A stretch of 64,000 nt of DNA from an archaeon. GTDB lineage: Archaea; Nanobdellota; Nanobdellia; Woesearchaeales; GW2011-AR15. The number at the start of each line of letters is the position of its first letter. Within the stretch, counting starts at the first letter, position 1. The notes beneath the pieces were generated by a model that had not been told where the DNA came from, did not search any database, and saw only the letters and a program-made list of their open reading frames with translations. Position numbers and translations under genes: made by a program. Below are positions 1 through 10,527 of the stretch, piece after piece. The stretch lies in assembly GCA_018657065.1 (NCBI GenBank), contig JABHXU010000008.1, positions 6,308 to 70,307 on the forward strand, written 5' to 3'.

Positions 1-327
1 TTAGCATGGCATGATTCATCTAAAGCAATAGGTAAAATTAAATTTCCTATGGCTGCAGATCCAACAGGAAAAATGTGTCAATATTTTGGCACATATATTG
101 AAGATGAAGGTTTATCTCTTAGAGGTACATTTATTATCAATCCAGATGGAATTTTAAAAGCAATGGATGTTCATGATAATAGTATAGGAAGATGTTCAAG
201 TGAAATACTAAGAAAATTACAAGCTGCAATTTATGTTGAAGGACATGATGGTGAAGTTTGCCCAGGATCATGGAAACCAGGAGACAAAACTCTCAAACCT
301 GGCGTAGATCTTGTTGGAAAAATTTAA
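1..327 (+). CDS. ahpC: Peroxiredoxin (AhpC/TSA family), 5'-truncated by window edge
   Basis: Frame open from base 1 (LAWHDSSKAIGKIKFPMAADP); RGTFIINPDG, GR, and C-terminal EVCPGSWKPG resolving-Cys motif. Confidence 0.9.
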   Translation, partial: LAWHDSSKAIGKIKFPMAADPTGKMCQYFGTYIEDEGLSLRGTFIINPDGILKAMDVHDNSIGRCSSEILRKLQAAIYVEGHDGEVCPGSWKPGDKTLKPGVDLVGKI

Positions 328-398
328 TTTTCTTTTTTATTTTACTAATATAGTATATTTTAAATAACTACTACAATTTAATTCTTTAAGGTGATAAT

Positions 399-896
399 AT
401 GAAAATATCTAAAAAAATGCAAGACGCAATAAATGCTCAAATTAATGAAGAATTTGCTTCAAGTTATATTTATTTAAGTATGGCAGCTTATTTTGAATCT
501 GAAAATCTTTCAGGTATGGCTACGTGGATGAAATTACAAGCAGAAGAAGAAATCGAACATGCTATGAAATTCTTTAATTATGTATTTGAAAGAGGAGGAG
601 ATGTTAAATTAACAGCAATAAAAGAACCTAAAGATAAATGGGAGTCTCCATTAAATGCTTTCGAAGAAGCATATGCACATGAACAATTCATTACAAAAAA
701 AATTCATGCATTAGCAGATGTTGCTGATGAATTAGACGACTTAGCTACTGAAAGTTTCTTAAAATGGTTTATAGATGAGCAAGTTGAAGAAGAAAACAAT
801 GCTTTAACAATTGTTGAAAAACTAAAAATCATGGGTGACAGTAAAGGTTCTTTACTAATGTACGATAGAGTTTTAGGTAAAAGAGGTCAAAAGTAA
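399..896 (+). CDS. ftnA: Non-heme ferritin
   Basis: QINEEFASSYIYLSMAAYF, EEIEHA, EQVEEE ferroxidase motifs; GGTGA SD upstream. Confidence 0.93.
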   Translation: MKISKKMQDAINAQINEEFASSYIYLSMAAYFESENLSGMATWMKLQAEEEIEHAMKFFNYVFERGGDVKLTAIKEPKDKWESPLNAFEEAYAHEQFITKKIHALADVADELDDLATESFLKWFIDEQVEEENNALTIVEKLKIMGDSKGSLLMYDRVLGKRGQK

Positions 897-1027
897 TAAA
901 AATCTGACATGAGAACGCTATTCTTGTCATAAATGACAAAGTATCACTCTCGCCCTTTTATTAGAATCAGATTTTTAACTATGGAAATCGACCTAAAGTC
1001 GGGGTTTTAAACCCTTAAATTTCCATA
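897..1027. repeat. Two tandem branched hairpins (intergenic structured element)
   Basis: TAAAAATCTGA(897-907)/TCAGATTTTTA(967-977) and TATGGAAAT(980-988)/ATTTCCATA(1019-1027) inverted repeats, each with inner hairpins. Confidence 0.6.
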
Positions 1028-1084
1028 TAATTTTAATTAAAAAAGTAGAAACCTATTTATACTTTATTTTTTAATTTAATTCCT

Positions 1085-1657
1085 ATGAACATAAGTTTGT
1101 ATAATTATTTTATTCAAAACAATCAGAATTATTCTATTGAAGTTCTAAAAAATCAAGCTCTTAAATCTGGATATAGTCAAATTGAAATTAATGAAGTATT
1201 AAGTGTAATTAATTCTCAAAAGAATATAGTAACTCAAACTAATAATCAAACTGAATCAATCATGTTTGGATTCCAAGCAAATTCAGGAAATATTGCATGC
1301 GGCCTTTACTTTACAAATAATAGAATTATTGCTTCAAGATTTAAAGGTTCTTTTGGACTTTGTTTTTTTTTAGGATATATTGGTGAATTAATATGTAATT
1401 TAAAAAATCAAAAAAAATTTAGAACAAATTTACAGCTAACTCCGCAAAACTTATATATGTCAAATAATCAAAACCTCCAAATTCCTGTTTCTTCAATTAC
1501 AAATATAAAAATGAGAAAACCTTCTATTTTTTCACCTGGTCAAATGATGATTAAAGGTCATAGAGATTATAAGTTTTCATTTACATATAAAACACAATTT
1601 TTTCAAGCTCTTGAAGCTTTAAAACAATCATTTCCTAGTTTAATTAATGTTCTATAA
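1085..1657 (+). CDS. Hypothetical protein (possible PH-like C-terminal domain)
   Basis: 190-aa ORF; GLYFTNNRII and IPVSSITNI resemble bacterial PH-domain strands. Confidence 0.6.
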   Translation: MNISLYNYFIQNNQNYSIEVLKNQALKSGYSQIEINEVLSVINSQKNIVTQTNNQTESIMFGFQANSGNIACGLYFTNNRIIASRFKGSFGLCFFLGYIGELICNLKNQKKFRTNLQLTPQNLYMSNNQNLQIPVSSITNIKMRKPSIFSPGQMMIKGHRDYKFSFTYKTQFFQALEALKQSFPSLINVL

Positions 1658-1732
1658 ATTAAAGTTAAACAAATCTGTTTAAAATTTTTAAACACAAGTT
1701 TTTTATAGTATCTTTAAAAAGAAAGTTTTACA

Positions 1733-1939
1733 ATGAATAATAGAGGAAGATTAACAGTAATGATGCCGTTCATTTTATCTACTGCATTCACATTTATTGA
1801 TATTTTTTTATTTAGAGTAATTTCTGGATTTTATTTTATTAATCCTGCATTAGTAATAATGAGTTTTTTAGAATTATACTTACTTTCAGCTGTTACCTCA
1901 TTATTTATTAAAAAAGAAATCGACAGAAAACATATATAA
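1733..1939 (+). CDS. Small membrane protein
   Basis: 68 aa, two hydrophobic segments, TATA-like element upstream. Confidence 0.55.
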   Translation: MNNRGRLTVMMPFILSTAFTFIDIFLFRVISGFYFINPALVIMSFLELYLLSAVTSLFIKKEIDRKHI

Positions 1940-1962
1940 ACAATTAAATCAAATTATTTTTA

Positions 1963-2358
1963 ATGGAACCTATTTTTATTTTATTTATAATTATTGGAAG
2001 TATTATATTTTTGTGGCTTGGCTTTAAAATAGGACAATTAACTAAAGATCAAGAATGGGTTGAAAAACTTCCTAAAATCAAACAAGATTCTCTTGACCGA
2101 TCAAAAAGTGTTGTTAAAGGTCAAGTTTCTGAACAATTAGCTCCATTTCTACCTGATTTCCCATTTAATTCAAGCGAATGCAAATTCTTAGGAAAACCTA
2201 TTGATTTACTTGTGTTTAAAGGAATGGACGATAATAACATCAATGAAGTAATTTTTGTTGAAGTTAAAACAGGAAAATCTACTCTTTCAAGTCAAGAAAG
2301 AAAGCTTAGAGACGTAATTAAAGAAAAGCGTGTGAAATGGCAAGAATATAGAATTTAA
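1963..2358 (+). CDS. Membrane-anchored Holliday junction resolvase-like PD-(D/E)XK endonuclease
   Basis: N-terminal TM helix; GQVSEQLAP, FLGKPIDLLVF, FVEVKTG motifs. Confidence 0.85.
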   Translation: MEPIFILFIIIGSIIFLWLGFKIGQLTKDQEWVEKLPKIKQDSLDRSKSVVKGQVSEQLAPFLPDFPFNSSECKFLGKPIDLLVFKGMDDNNINEVIFVEVKTGKSTLSSQERKLRDVIKEKRVKWQEYRI

Positions 2359-2437
2359 AGGCTTTTTTTAAACTGTTTAGTTTAATTCTATTTAACTATG
2401 GATATTTAAATCTATTCACTACTCTAGAATAGGTAAG

Positions 2438-4213
2438 ATGCAACAAATTGCCACTTTAGATGACAAAATTCTTTCCATTAGAGCTACAGACAGTACTGCA
2501 AATCCAATTAACGAAGCTATTAATGCATTTGGACATGCTCTAAAACGAGCTGGTCTCTACTCCAGATTTAATAGAAGAGTTCCATCAAGAAAAACTGGAG
2601 GATTTAAATTTGCTGAAGTTATGGCTTCTGAAAATTATGGATTAAATTTTCCAGCTGGCTTAGATGTTTTTATTGCTCTTGACCCAGAATCCATGTCTGA
2701 AAATTTAGAATATTATACATCTAGATTTGATAATGGAAACACCTTAGTAATTTTAGATGATAAAAGATTATTAGATCCAGCTTTTGATCCAGTAAAAGAA
2801 TATTTATCTGATTTTCAGTTAGATAACACCACATTTCAATTTATGCATCTTCCATTAAGTAAACTTTCTGATGGAGACAAAAATTTAATTAATACTGCTA
2901 TAGGATATTTAGGTCAACAACTAGATGTTCCACTAGATATTCTTAATGATGTTTTTGCACAATCTTTTAGTGGTTTAAAACCTCCATTATTAAAAAAATT
3001 AAAAAATTCACTTGCTGCAGGATATAATCTTGAACAGGAAATTGAAAAATTTGATCTACCTAAGTTTGAATTTAATGATTTATCTGAATATGGATATATG
3101 CACGCCAATCAAGTTCTTGCTGAAGCTTTGCTTGAATTAGGTGTTAATTTTACAGCTGCTTATCCAATTACACCAGCTACTAGTATTATAGAAGTTATGA
3201 AAAATGAATTATGGGCAAGATATGGACCTGGTTCTTTCGTTCAAGCTATGGATGAAAGATCTGCTCTTGCAATTGCAATTGGAAGAGTATGGGGAGGCAT
3301 TCAAAAAGGAACTGAAAGAGTTGCAGTTGTTACTTCAGATCCTGGAATCTCTTTAATGAGTGAAAATCTTGGTGTAGCTTATGATTTACCAATGTTAATT
3401 GTAAACGTAATGAGAGGTGGATATGTTAGTACTGGTGATCCTACTGGTGTTAAACAAGGTGCTCTTAGACAAGCAAAATCTCCAACTCATGGTGACGCAT
3501 TATTTCCAGTAATTGCTCCTAGAACTGTTGACGAAATGTATAGTGCTGCTGCAAACGCATATAATATTATTGAAGAATTATGTATGCCAGTTATGTTTTT
3601 AAGTGATGGTGGAATGTCAGTAAGAAACGAAACTATTCATTTAGATAGTTTAACTGAAGGATTAAAAATTCCTGAAATAAAGGCACATCCTGACAGAACT
3701 GTCTTAACTGGATTATCTTCTAAACCTGATGGACGCCCAATAAAAGGATATCATCATGAAGATGCATTGGCTGAAGCAAAAAGATATAATGATAGAATTC
3801 AAAAATTAAGAGATGATGACTTGTTAATTAATAAAAGAGAAGATTTAGATTTTTATGCTCCTGAAGGAAAAGACAAAAAAGATATTGCTGTCTTAGCTTG
3901 GGGTTCAACTTGGTACGCTGCTAGAGAAGCTGTTGAAATTCTTGGAAGGCAAGGATATAATGCTCATCTAATTTCAACTCAACAAGTATTCCCATTACAA
4001 GATAGTCTAATTGATCAATTAGCTGAATATAATCATGTTATTTTACCTGAGCTAAACTTTACAGGACAATTAGCTGAAATATTGAAAACTGAATGTGACT
4101 CAAGAATGGATATTAATAACATCTATTCAATTGATCCTCAATCCAATGAAATGTTTATTCCAGACGAAATAGTTGCTGAAGTAAAAGAAATATATAAAGG
4201 TGCAAAAAAATGA
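2438..4213 (+). CDS. Divergent 2-oxoacid:acceptor oxidoreductase alpha subunit (gamma-alpha fusion)
   Basis: AYPITPATS, MDE, TSDPGISLMSE, WGST, PELNFTGQL motifs; KorA-like length. Confidence 0.85.
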   Translation: MQQIATLDDKILSIRATDSTANPINEAINAFGHALKRAGLYSRFNRRVPSRKTGGFKFAEVMASENYGLNFPAGLDVFIALDPESMSENLEYYTSRFDNGNTLVILDDKRLLDPAFDPVKEYLSDFQLDNTTFQFMHLPLSKLSDGDKNLINTAIGYLGQQLDVPLDILNDVFAQSFSGLKPPLLKKLKNSLAAGYNLEQEIEKFDLPKFEFNDLSEYGYMHANQVLAEALLELGVNFTAAYPITPATSIIEVMKNELWARYGPGSFVQAMDERSALAIAIGRVWGGIQKGTERVAVVTSDPGISLMSENLGVAYDLPMLIVNVMRGGYVSTGDPTGVKQGALRQAKSPTHGDALFPVIAPRTVDEMYSAAANAYNIIEELCMPVMFLSDGGMSVRNETIHLDSLTEGLKIPEIKAHPDRTVLTGLSSKPDGRPIKGYHHEDALAEAKRYNDRIQKLRDDDLLINKREDLDFYAPEGKDKKDIAVLAWGSTWYAAREAVEILGRQGYNAHLISTQQVFPLQDSLIDQLAEYNHVILPELNFTGQLAEILKTECDSRMDINNIYSIDPQSNEMFIPDEIVAEVKEIYKGAKK

Positions 4214-5403
4214 CATCAATTGATGAAATTACAGCAGACAGAATACGAAGTGATAATTTAGCTTCAATTGTTGCAATGGGACCTCAAGCAGCAAACATAC
4301 CATTTTCATTAAAAAAATTTCCAGAAATTTGGGATAGAAATGATCCAAAATTAAAAGAATTTAAAAGACCACCTGTTGAAAACATTTGGTGTGGTCTTGG
4401 ATGTCAATATTATAATATTATGGATGCTATTTATATGGCAGCTTTAGCACTTGATTTAACTCCTGATGATGTAGAAATTGTAGGAGGAATTGGATGTGCC
4501 GGAAGAAGTCCCTTACATGCTGATGTCGCTCAAACTGCAAATGTAACTCATGGACAAGGAGACGCTGTAGCAGCAGGAGTTGCATTAAGTTCAAATAAAT
4601 TAACAATTTCAATTGGTGGTGACGGTGATAAATTAAATATTGGACTTGCATATGTTGTAGATGCAGGCGCTAGAAATATAAGATTTGTAAATTTAATTTT
4701 TGATAATAATGTATTTGCATTAACAAGTTTACAACCTCCCAGAGGGGCACAAAGTCATGAAAAAGGAATGCTAAAATTAGGAGACTCTAATGCTACACCA
4801 GATCCTGACTTCAAAATGAATGCAGCTGAAGTAGGATATTTAGGTAAAACAGGTTTTATAGCCAGAGGTTTTGGTGGAAATGTTCAAGAATTAGCTTATA
4901 TGTTGTCACAAGCATTTATGTATGAAGGAAATTCACTTATTCATATATTAAGTAATTGTGTAAAAGGTAAAAATTTAAAAGATAATGTTGCATTCAAAAA
5001 TAAAGAATGGGTAAGTCCATATCACGATGTATTTGATGGAAATGCGTTACATAGTTTGACAGCTGAACCAGATAAATTATATGGTGGAATTCTTCACTTT
5101 AGGTCTGATAATCCAATGCCATATAATATTGAACCTGAAGGTTTCACACATTCTGAATTCCATAATGGAAAATTAAGAGATGTAAAATATGATGTTCATG
5201 AAATTCCAATCCAAGAAGGATGGGAATTTAAAAAAGGAGTTTTACAACCTGAAGACACAAAACACATAACAAAATATGTAAGATCTGGTGCAGATATTCA
5301 TGATGGAAGAATAAGGCGAAGAAATTTAAAAGAATGGCAAGCTGAACACATAAAAAGTTTAGAACCTCAAACTGGTAGAGAAAGACTTCAAAAATATGTA
5401 TAA
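4210..5403 (+). CDS. Divergent 2-oxoacid:acceptor oxidoreductase beta subunit (ThDP-binding)
   Basis: WCGLGC, GIGCAGR, GGDGD...DN ThDP motif; ATGA overlap with the alpha gene. Confidence 0.85.
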   Translation: MTSIDEITADRIRSDNLASIVAMGPQAANIPFSLKKFPEIWDRNDPKLKEFKRPPVENIWCGLGCQYYNIMDAIYMAALALDLTPDDVEIVGGIGCAGRSPLHADVAQTANVTHGQGDAVAAGVALSSNKLTISIGGDGDKLNIGLAYVVDAGARNIRFVNLIFDNNVFALTSLQPPRGAQSHEKGMLKLGDSNATPDPDFKMNAAEVGYLGKTGFIARGFGGNVQELAYMLSQAFMYEGNSLIHILSNCVKGKNLKDNVAFKNKEWVSPYHDVFDGNALHSLTAEPDKLYGGILHFRSDNPMPYNIEPEGFTHSEFHNGKLRDVKYDVHEIPIQEGWEFKKGVLQPEDTKHITKYVRSGADIHDGRIRRRNLKEWQAEHIKSLEPQTGRERLQKYV

Positions 5404-5423
5404 TTTGTTTTATTCAAATTTAT

Positions 5424-5993
5424 TCATCCAATACTTAGTTTTGTTATCTCAACAACATCATCAAACAATTTCTCAAACTTAGTAAATCCAGCACTTTCAT
5501 TTAAATGCCCACCATTTTCAATAAGAACTAATTCTGAATCTAATTTATCAGTCATTAATTTTGCGTTTTTAAGTGGAATATAAGGATCATTATCTCCTAT
5601 ATAAGCATAAAACTTTTCACAGTTTTTTTTGATTTTTATCCAATCAAATTCTTTTCTAACAAAACTTTCATTAATTGAATCAAAAGTTGGATTTCCTAGT
5701 GTTCCTAAAGCTGGTGAAGCAAAAAAACATGCTTTTACTGGTTTATCAATTTTCTCTAAAACAGATAAAATAAATGCAGGACCTAAACTATGTCCAATAA
5801 AAACTGTATTTTCATCAACAAGATGTATATATTCATCAAAAACCTTCATCCAATTTTCTAATGTTTGACCTTTTGGTGTAGGAAATTTGGGAACATAAAC
5901 TGTGTGACCAAGTTTTTCTAACTTATTTTTTAACCAAGGAAACCAATTTTCCTCTGAATGTCCATATGCTCCATGTATTAAAAAAAAGTTCAT
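5424..5993 (-). CDS. RBBP9/YdeN-family alpha/beta hydrolase
   Basis: IHG, NWFPWL, GHSLG nucleophile elbow, DNDPY, GGHLN. Confidence 0.9.
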   Translation of the reverse strand: MNFFLIHGAYGHSEENWFPWLKNKLEKLGHTVYVPKFPTPKGQTLENWMKVFDEYIHLVDENTVFIGHSLGPAFILSVLEKIDKPVKACFFASPALGTLGNPTFDSINESFVRKEFDWIKIKKNCEKFYAYIGDNDPYIPLKNAKLMTDKLDSELVLIENGGHLNESAGFTKFEKLFDDVVEITKLSIG

Positions 5994-6772
5994 GCCATCT
6001 CCACCAATAACTTAGCAGCTGTTGTAATAGTCAGTTCACTTATGTCTTTACTTGGATTAACTTCAACTAAGTCCCAAAGCTCAATATTCTTTAAATTTTT
6101 TAACCTTTGAATAAAATATATCAATTGTCTTGTAGTTAGTCCCCCTGGCTCAATATAACCGGTTCCTGGAGCAAAACTTGGATCTAGCACGTCAATATCA
6201 ATTGAAACATAAACTGCGTCAAAAGTCCTTGCTACTGCCGTAAATGCATCAGCAACATCATGTAACCCATCTCTAGTGATTTCTCGCATATCAAAAAGCT
6301 TTAATTTGCTTTTTTTTGCATATTCTATTTCATTACTATGAAAATTTCTTAGACCAATATGTGCAACATTTTCAGGTTTTAGATGTTTTTCTTCGATTAG
6401 TACTCTTAAAAAATCCTCGTGAGTAGGAGGACTAAAATTATTTTCGCAATCTAAATGTGCATCAAAAATAATTAAACCAGGATTTTTATGTTTTTTAGAA
6501 AATTCTTTAAAACTTGAATAAGTAAGTGAATGATCTCCTCCAATAATTATTGCTGGAATATCTAATTCTTGAATTTTTTTTGAAATTGCTAAATTACTTT
6601 TTTCAATATTTAAATTATCTATTTTAACTTCATCAACTGAAAAAAAAGGTAAGACTCCATTTTCTTTTAAATAAAAATTCTCAATTTTAGAATGAATAAC
6701 GTCAGGTCCTTTTTCAATTCCTTTTTTTTTTGATAATGCTCCAGCATTTAATGGAATTTTAATTAATTTCAT
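5990..6772 (-). CDS. Arginase/agmatinase family ureohydrolase
   Basis: GGDHS, DAHLD, SIDIDVLDPSFAPGTG. Confidence 0.92.
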   Translation of the reverse strand: MKLIKIPLNAGALSKKKGIEKGPDVIHSKIENFYLKENGVLPFFSVDEVKIDNLNIEKSNLAISKKIQELDIPAIIIGGDHSLTYSSFKEFSKKHKNPGLIIFDAHLDCENNFSPPTHEDFLRVLIEEKHLKPENVAHIGLRNFHSNEIEYAKKSKLKLFDMREITRDGLHDVADAFTAVARTFDAVYVSIDIDVLDPSFAPGTGYIEPGGLTTRQLIYFIQRLKNLKNIELWDLVEVNPSKDISELTITTAAKLLVEMA

Positions 6773-6773
6773 C

Positions 6774-7295
6774 TTAAATTGGACTTATATTTACTGCAAT
6801 TAAAATTGCAATAACTATAACTAATACCATCATAATAACTGGTAACCATCTTAATTTTGAGGCTTGATAATAAATATCTTTTAATTTTTTAATAATATCA
6901 GACTTTGTAACATATCCAACCACTTTACCATCATGCATTATAGGAAATTTACTTACCTTTCGACTTTTCATCAATGCTGATGTTGCTCTTATACTAGTAT
7001 TTGGTTTAATTGTTATAACTCCAGTACTCATGATTTGCTCTAATTTGACTTTTTTAGGATCTTTGTTTTTTGAATAAACTTTTCTAATTAGATCTCCATC
7101 ACTAATAATTCCAATTGGTATTCCTTTGTCATCGACAATTAAAATACTTGAAATATTTTTTTTAGCCATCATATCTACAGCTTTTTTTACTGTATCATCA
7201 TGTTTCATTGTTACTGGGTTTTTAGACATGATCTCTGAAACAGGGATCTCTCTAATCATTTTATCAATATCTTTGAAAATGTGAATTTTTGCCAT
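6774..7295 (-). CDS. CBS-pair protein with C-terminal TM anchor
   Basis: Two CBS repeats (VSEIMSKNPVT...GIISDGD; IMSTGVITI...GYVTKSD) and a hydrophobic tail. Confidence 0.85.
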   Translation of the reverse strand: MAKIHIFKDIDKMIREIPVSEIMSKNPVTMKHDDTVKKAVDMMAKKNISSILIVDDKGIPIGIISDGDLIRKVYSKNKDPKKVKLEQIMSTGVITIKPNTSIRATSALMKSRKVSKFPIMHDGKVVGYVTKSDIIKKLKDIYYQASKLRWLPVIMMVLVIVIAILIAVNISPI

Positions 7296-7320
7296 TTTTT
7301 TATCTCTCCTACTTTATTCC

Positions 7321-7875
7321 TTATACTAAAGGTTGAACTAATATATAAATAATATTCAAAAGCTGCATTGTAATTATAACACTAAATATACTGTCTCCAT
7401 ATGCATGTACTAAATTTTCTAATTTATCTGAACTAATAAATGAAAAAATAAAATAACTTAAATTTGATGATATTAAAAATGAAATCATAAATGCAGGAAC
7501 AAACTTAAATCCAATCATTGCAAATATTGCACCCAAAATTCCTGAAAAACCCATTAAAAGAGATTTAGTTATTGTTGTAAGCTTTACTAAACCAATGTAA
7601 ATATATCCAGCTAATCCAGTTATAAAACCAAATGCAAACCCTAATTTCCAACCCCATATATATCCAAAGAATACTGCTGAAGCACTTATGGTTTCAATAC
7701 TAATATGAGGAACAACTTTACTAAATCTTAGAGATAAAAGTCCCATAACAAGCATAAAACCAAACAACACAATAATTAATATGTATTCGTGGAATACTAT
7801 TAACAATATCAGAATCAAAAGAATATATTTCAGATTTTTTTTTAATAATTCTATTATATCAGTCTTATTTGCCAT
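7321..7875 (-). CDS. Multi-pass membrane protein, ECF S-component-like (paralog 1 of 3)
   Basis: About 5-6 TM segments; PHISIETISASAVFFGYIWGWKLG shared with 33697..34257. Confidence 0.7.
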   Translation of the reverse strand: MANKTDIIELLKKNLKYILLILILLIVFHEYILIIVLFGFMLVMGLLSLRFSKVVPHISIETISASAVFFGYIWGWKLGFAFGFITGLAGYIYIGLVKLTTITKSLLMGFSGILGAIFAMIGFKFVPAFMISFLISSNLSYFIFSFISSDKLENLVHAYGDSIFSVIITMQLLNIIYILVQPLV

Positions 7876-8005
7876 TATCTGGAATTTAAAAGACTAGAAA
7901 GTTTTTTTAAATACTTTTTGGTATTATACTAACAAAATCTTTAAATAATCCCTGATCTTTAAAATTTGGATAACCTTTAAATACTTGGGGTTTTTGCTTT
8001 CTTCT

Positions 8006-8173
8006 ATGCAAAAGTTAAAGTCATTTATAATTGAATGTAAAAGAGTACTTAAGGTTACAAAAAAACCAACAGGTGAAGAATTTAAGACGATTATCAAAGT
8101 TTCTTTACTTGGTGCATTATTATTTGGTGCAATAGGTTTTACAATCTTTATAATTAAGGAGTTATTGATTTAA
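8006..8173 (+). CDS. secE: Protein translocase subunit SecE/Sec61-gamma
   Basis: ECKRVLKVTKKPTGEEF plus TM helix; directly upstream of spt5; ATG 8006 preferred to TTG 7985. Confidence 0.9.
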   Translation: MQKLKSFIIECKRVLKVTKKPTGEEFKTIIKVSLLGALLFGAIGFTIFIIKELLI

Positions 8174-8662
8174 ATGGCAGATGAAATGGACACAAAATTA
8201 TTTGCAATAAGAACAACTGCAAATAGAGAAGACCAAGTTATGGATTTTTTAACTAGTAATGCTCAAAAAAAAGCATTAGAAGTTTACACAGTTATAAGAC
8301 CTCATGGAATGAGAGGATACATCTTTGTAGAAGCAGCAACTAGATCTGATGCTGAACAAGCAGCATTTAATATTCCTTATGCAAGAGGAGTTTTATCTAA
8401 AGAAGTTGGATATACTGAAATTGAACACATGCTTGAACAAGTTAAAAAGGAAATAAATATCCAAAAGAATGATATAGCTGAGATTATCTCAGGACCATTT
8501 AAAAGAGAAAAAGCAAAAATTACTAGAGTAGATAAAATTAAAGAAGAAGTTGTTGTTGAATTACTTCAAGCAGCTGTTCCTATTCCTATAACAGTTAAAC
8601 TTGATGCTGTTAAAGTTATCAGAAGAGATACTGATGATTCTGAGATAGGAAATACTGAATAA
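8174..8662 (+). CDS. spt5: Transcription elongation factor Spt5
   Basis: NGN domain (RTTANRE, GYIFVE) and KOW (EIISGPFK). Confidence 0.95.
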   Translation: MADEMDTKLFAIRTTANREDQVMDFLTSNAQKKALEVYTVIRPHGMRGYIFVEAATRSDAEQAAFNIPYARGVLSKEVGYTEIEHMLEQVKKEINIQKNDIAEIISGPFKREKAKITRVDKIKEEVVVELLQAAVPIPITVKLDAVKVIRRDTDDSEIGNTE

Positions 8663-8771
8663 TTTACCCTAATTTTATTTTTTTATTTCTTGTAACTATC
8701 GAGTGGATTATTATAAAACTAATTTGTAGACAATAATCTATCAGTAAGCTTTATAAATCACTAGGATTTTC

Positions 8772-9047
8772 TTGAGGAAGATGGTAGATAATTTAGGCGA
8801 TATCAAAAAAAATTTGAAGACAGATAAATTAGTGTTAGGTACAGAGAGGACTGTTAAATTAATGAAACAAGGAAAACTAAGCAAAATATTTGCATGTGCT
8901 AATACAGAAAAAAGTTCTTTTGAAGATTTAGAAAATTATTCTAAATTAGCAAGTGTCCAACTAGTTAAACTTGAAGTTCCTAATGACGAACTAGGAATTA
9001 TTTGTAAAAAACCATTTCCAATCTCAGTAATTGGACTAAAAAAGTAA
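8772..9047 (+). CDS. rpl30e: 50S ribosomal protein L30e
   Basis: LVLGTERTVK, ELGIICKKPF; true start probably ATG 8781. Confidence 0.9.
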   Translation: MRKMVDNLGDIKKNLKTDKLVLGTERTVKLMKQGKLSKIFACANTEKSSFEDLENYSKLASVQLVKLEVPNDELGIICKKPFPISVIGLKK

Positions 9048-9048
9048 T

Positions 9049-9465
9049 ATGTCAAGAATATATAACGCCGAAAGCCTAAAAATTATGACCTTGTTTGAAA
9101 AAATAACAAGGACAAGAATAAAAGATTATTTTATAGATGATAATAATCTTCAAACATTCGTTGTTGACGAAATTGTGCTTGGAAAAGCCATAGGAAAACA
9201 AGCAGTAAATGTTAAAAAACTTCAAAAACTCCTAAACTCAAAAATTAGGATCGTTGGATTTTCAAATAATCCAGAAAAATTCACAAAAAACTTAATATAT
9301 CCACTAAAAGCTGAAATTGAGCTTAAGGAGAATATTATCCTAATCAAAAGCACCGACACAAAAACAAAAGCTTTTTTGATTGGAAGAAACCAAGTAAATT
9401 TAAAGAACAATTTAAAGATTTTAAAAAAATATTTCAAAAATATTGAGGATTTAAAGGTAATATAA
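9049..9465 (+). CDS. nusA: Archaeal NusA (KH domains)
   Basis: GKAIGK and LIGRN KH motifs; position between L30e and S12. Confidence 0.9.
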   Translation: MSRIYNAESLKIMTLFEKITRTRIKDYFIDDNNLQTFVVDEIVLGKAIGKQAVNVKKLQKLLNSKIRIVGFSNNPEKFTKNLIYPLKAEIELKENIILIKSTDTKTKAFLIGRNQVNLKNNLKILKKYFKNIEDLKVI

Positions 9466-9466
9466 T

Positions 9467-9904
9467 ATGGGAAAAAAAGCTAACGGATTAAATGCTGCTG
9501 TTAAACTAGTTAAGAGAAGAACAAAAGGTAATTGGCAAGATATCAAGTACAAAAGAAGAATTCTGGATCTAAAAAAGAAATCTGATCCTCTTGGTGGAGT
9601 ATCACAAGCCAATGGTATTGTTATTGAAAAAACACAAATTGAGAGAAAACAGCCACATTCAGGTTTGATTAAATGTGTTAAAGTTCAATTAATTAAAAAT
9701 GGAAAGCAAGTCACAGCATTTTTGCCTGGTGACGGTGCAACAAAATTTGTAGATGAACACGACGAAGTCATGATTGAATGCATTGGTGGAGCTAAAGGGA
9801 GATCTAAAGGAGATATTCCAGGAGTTAGATGGTGTGTTATTAAAGTTAATGATCAGTCACTTACAGCATTATTACATGGAAAACTGGAGAAAGCTAGAAA
9901 ATGA
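9467..9904 (+). CDS. rps12: 30S ribosomal protein S12 (uS12)
   Basis: [35 protein letters not shown]. Confidence 0.96.
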   Translation: MGKKANGLNAAVKLVKRRTKGNWQDIKYKRRILDLKKKSDPLGGVSQANGIVIEKTQIERKQPHSGLIKCVKVQLIKNGKQVTAFLPGDGATKFVDEHDEVMIECIGGAKGRSKGDIPGVRWCVIKVNDQSLTALLHGKLEKARK

Positions 9905-10500
9905 TAGAAATAAAAGTTTTTAACAGATGGTCAGTAGAAGGAATTAGTGTACATGACAAAGGATTAAAAAAATATATTTCTTTAAAACCTAAAATGGTTC
10001 CTAAAACAGGAGCAAAGTACGCAGGTTCAAGATTTCATAAATCTAAAATATTTGTAGTTGAACGTTTAATCAATAGATTAATGGTTAGTGGCCATAAATC
10101 TAAAAAGCATTTAATTTCATCAGGTAGAAATACTGGTAAAGCACATTCAGTATATGATATGGTTGAAAATGCATTTTTAAAAATTGAAAAAACTTTAAAC
10201 AAAAACCCAATTGAAGTTTTTGTACAAGCTATTGAAAATGCGGCACCTAGAGAAGAAATCATCACTATTGAATATGGTGGAGCTAGATATCCTAAAGCTG
10301 TTGAAGTAGCTCCTCAAAGAAGAATTGACATGGCACTTAAATACATGGTTCAAGGTATTTACCAAAAATCATTTAACAAAAAAAAGAGTGCAGTTGATAA
10401 TATTGCTGATGAAATAATGCATGCATATAATCTTTCAACTAATTCAGTTGCAGTTGCTAAAAAATTAGAATTAGAAAGACAAGCTGATTCAAGTAGATAA
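9901..10500 (+). CDS. rps7: 30S ribosomal protein S7 (uS7)
   Basis: [20 protein letters not shown]. Confidence 0.96.
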   Translation: MIEIKVFNRWSVEGISVHDKGLKKYISLKPKMVPKTGAKYAGSRFHKSKIFVVERLINRLMVSGHKSKKHLISSGRNTGKAHSVYDMVENAFLKIEKTLNKNPIEVFVQAIENAAPREEIITIEYGGARYPKAVEVAPQRRIDMALKYMVQGIYQKSFNKKKSAVDNIADEIMHAYNLSTNSVAVAKKLELERQADSSR

Positions 10501-10527
10501 TTATAATTTTTCTTAATATTTTTTATA

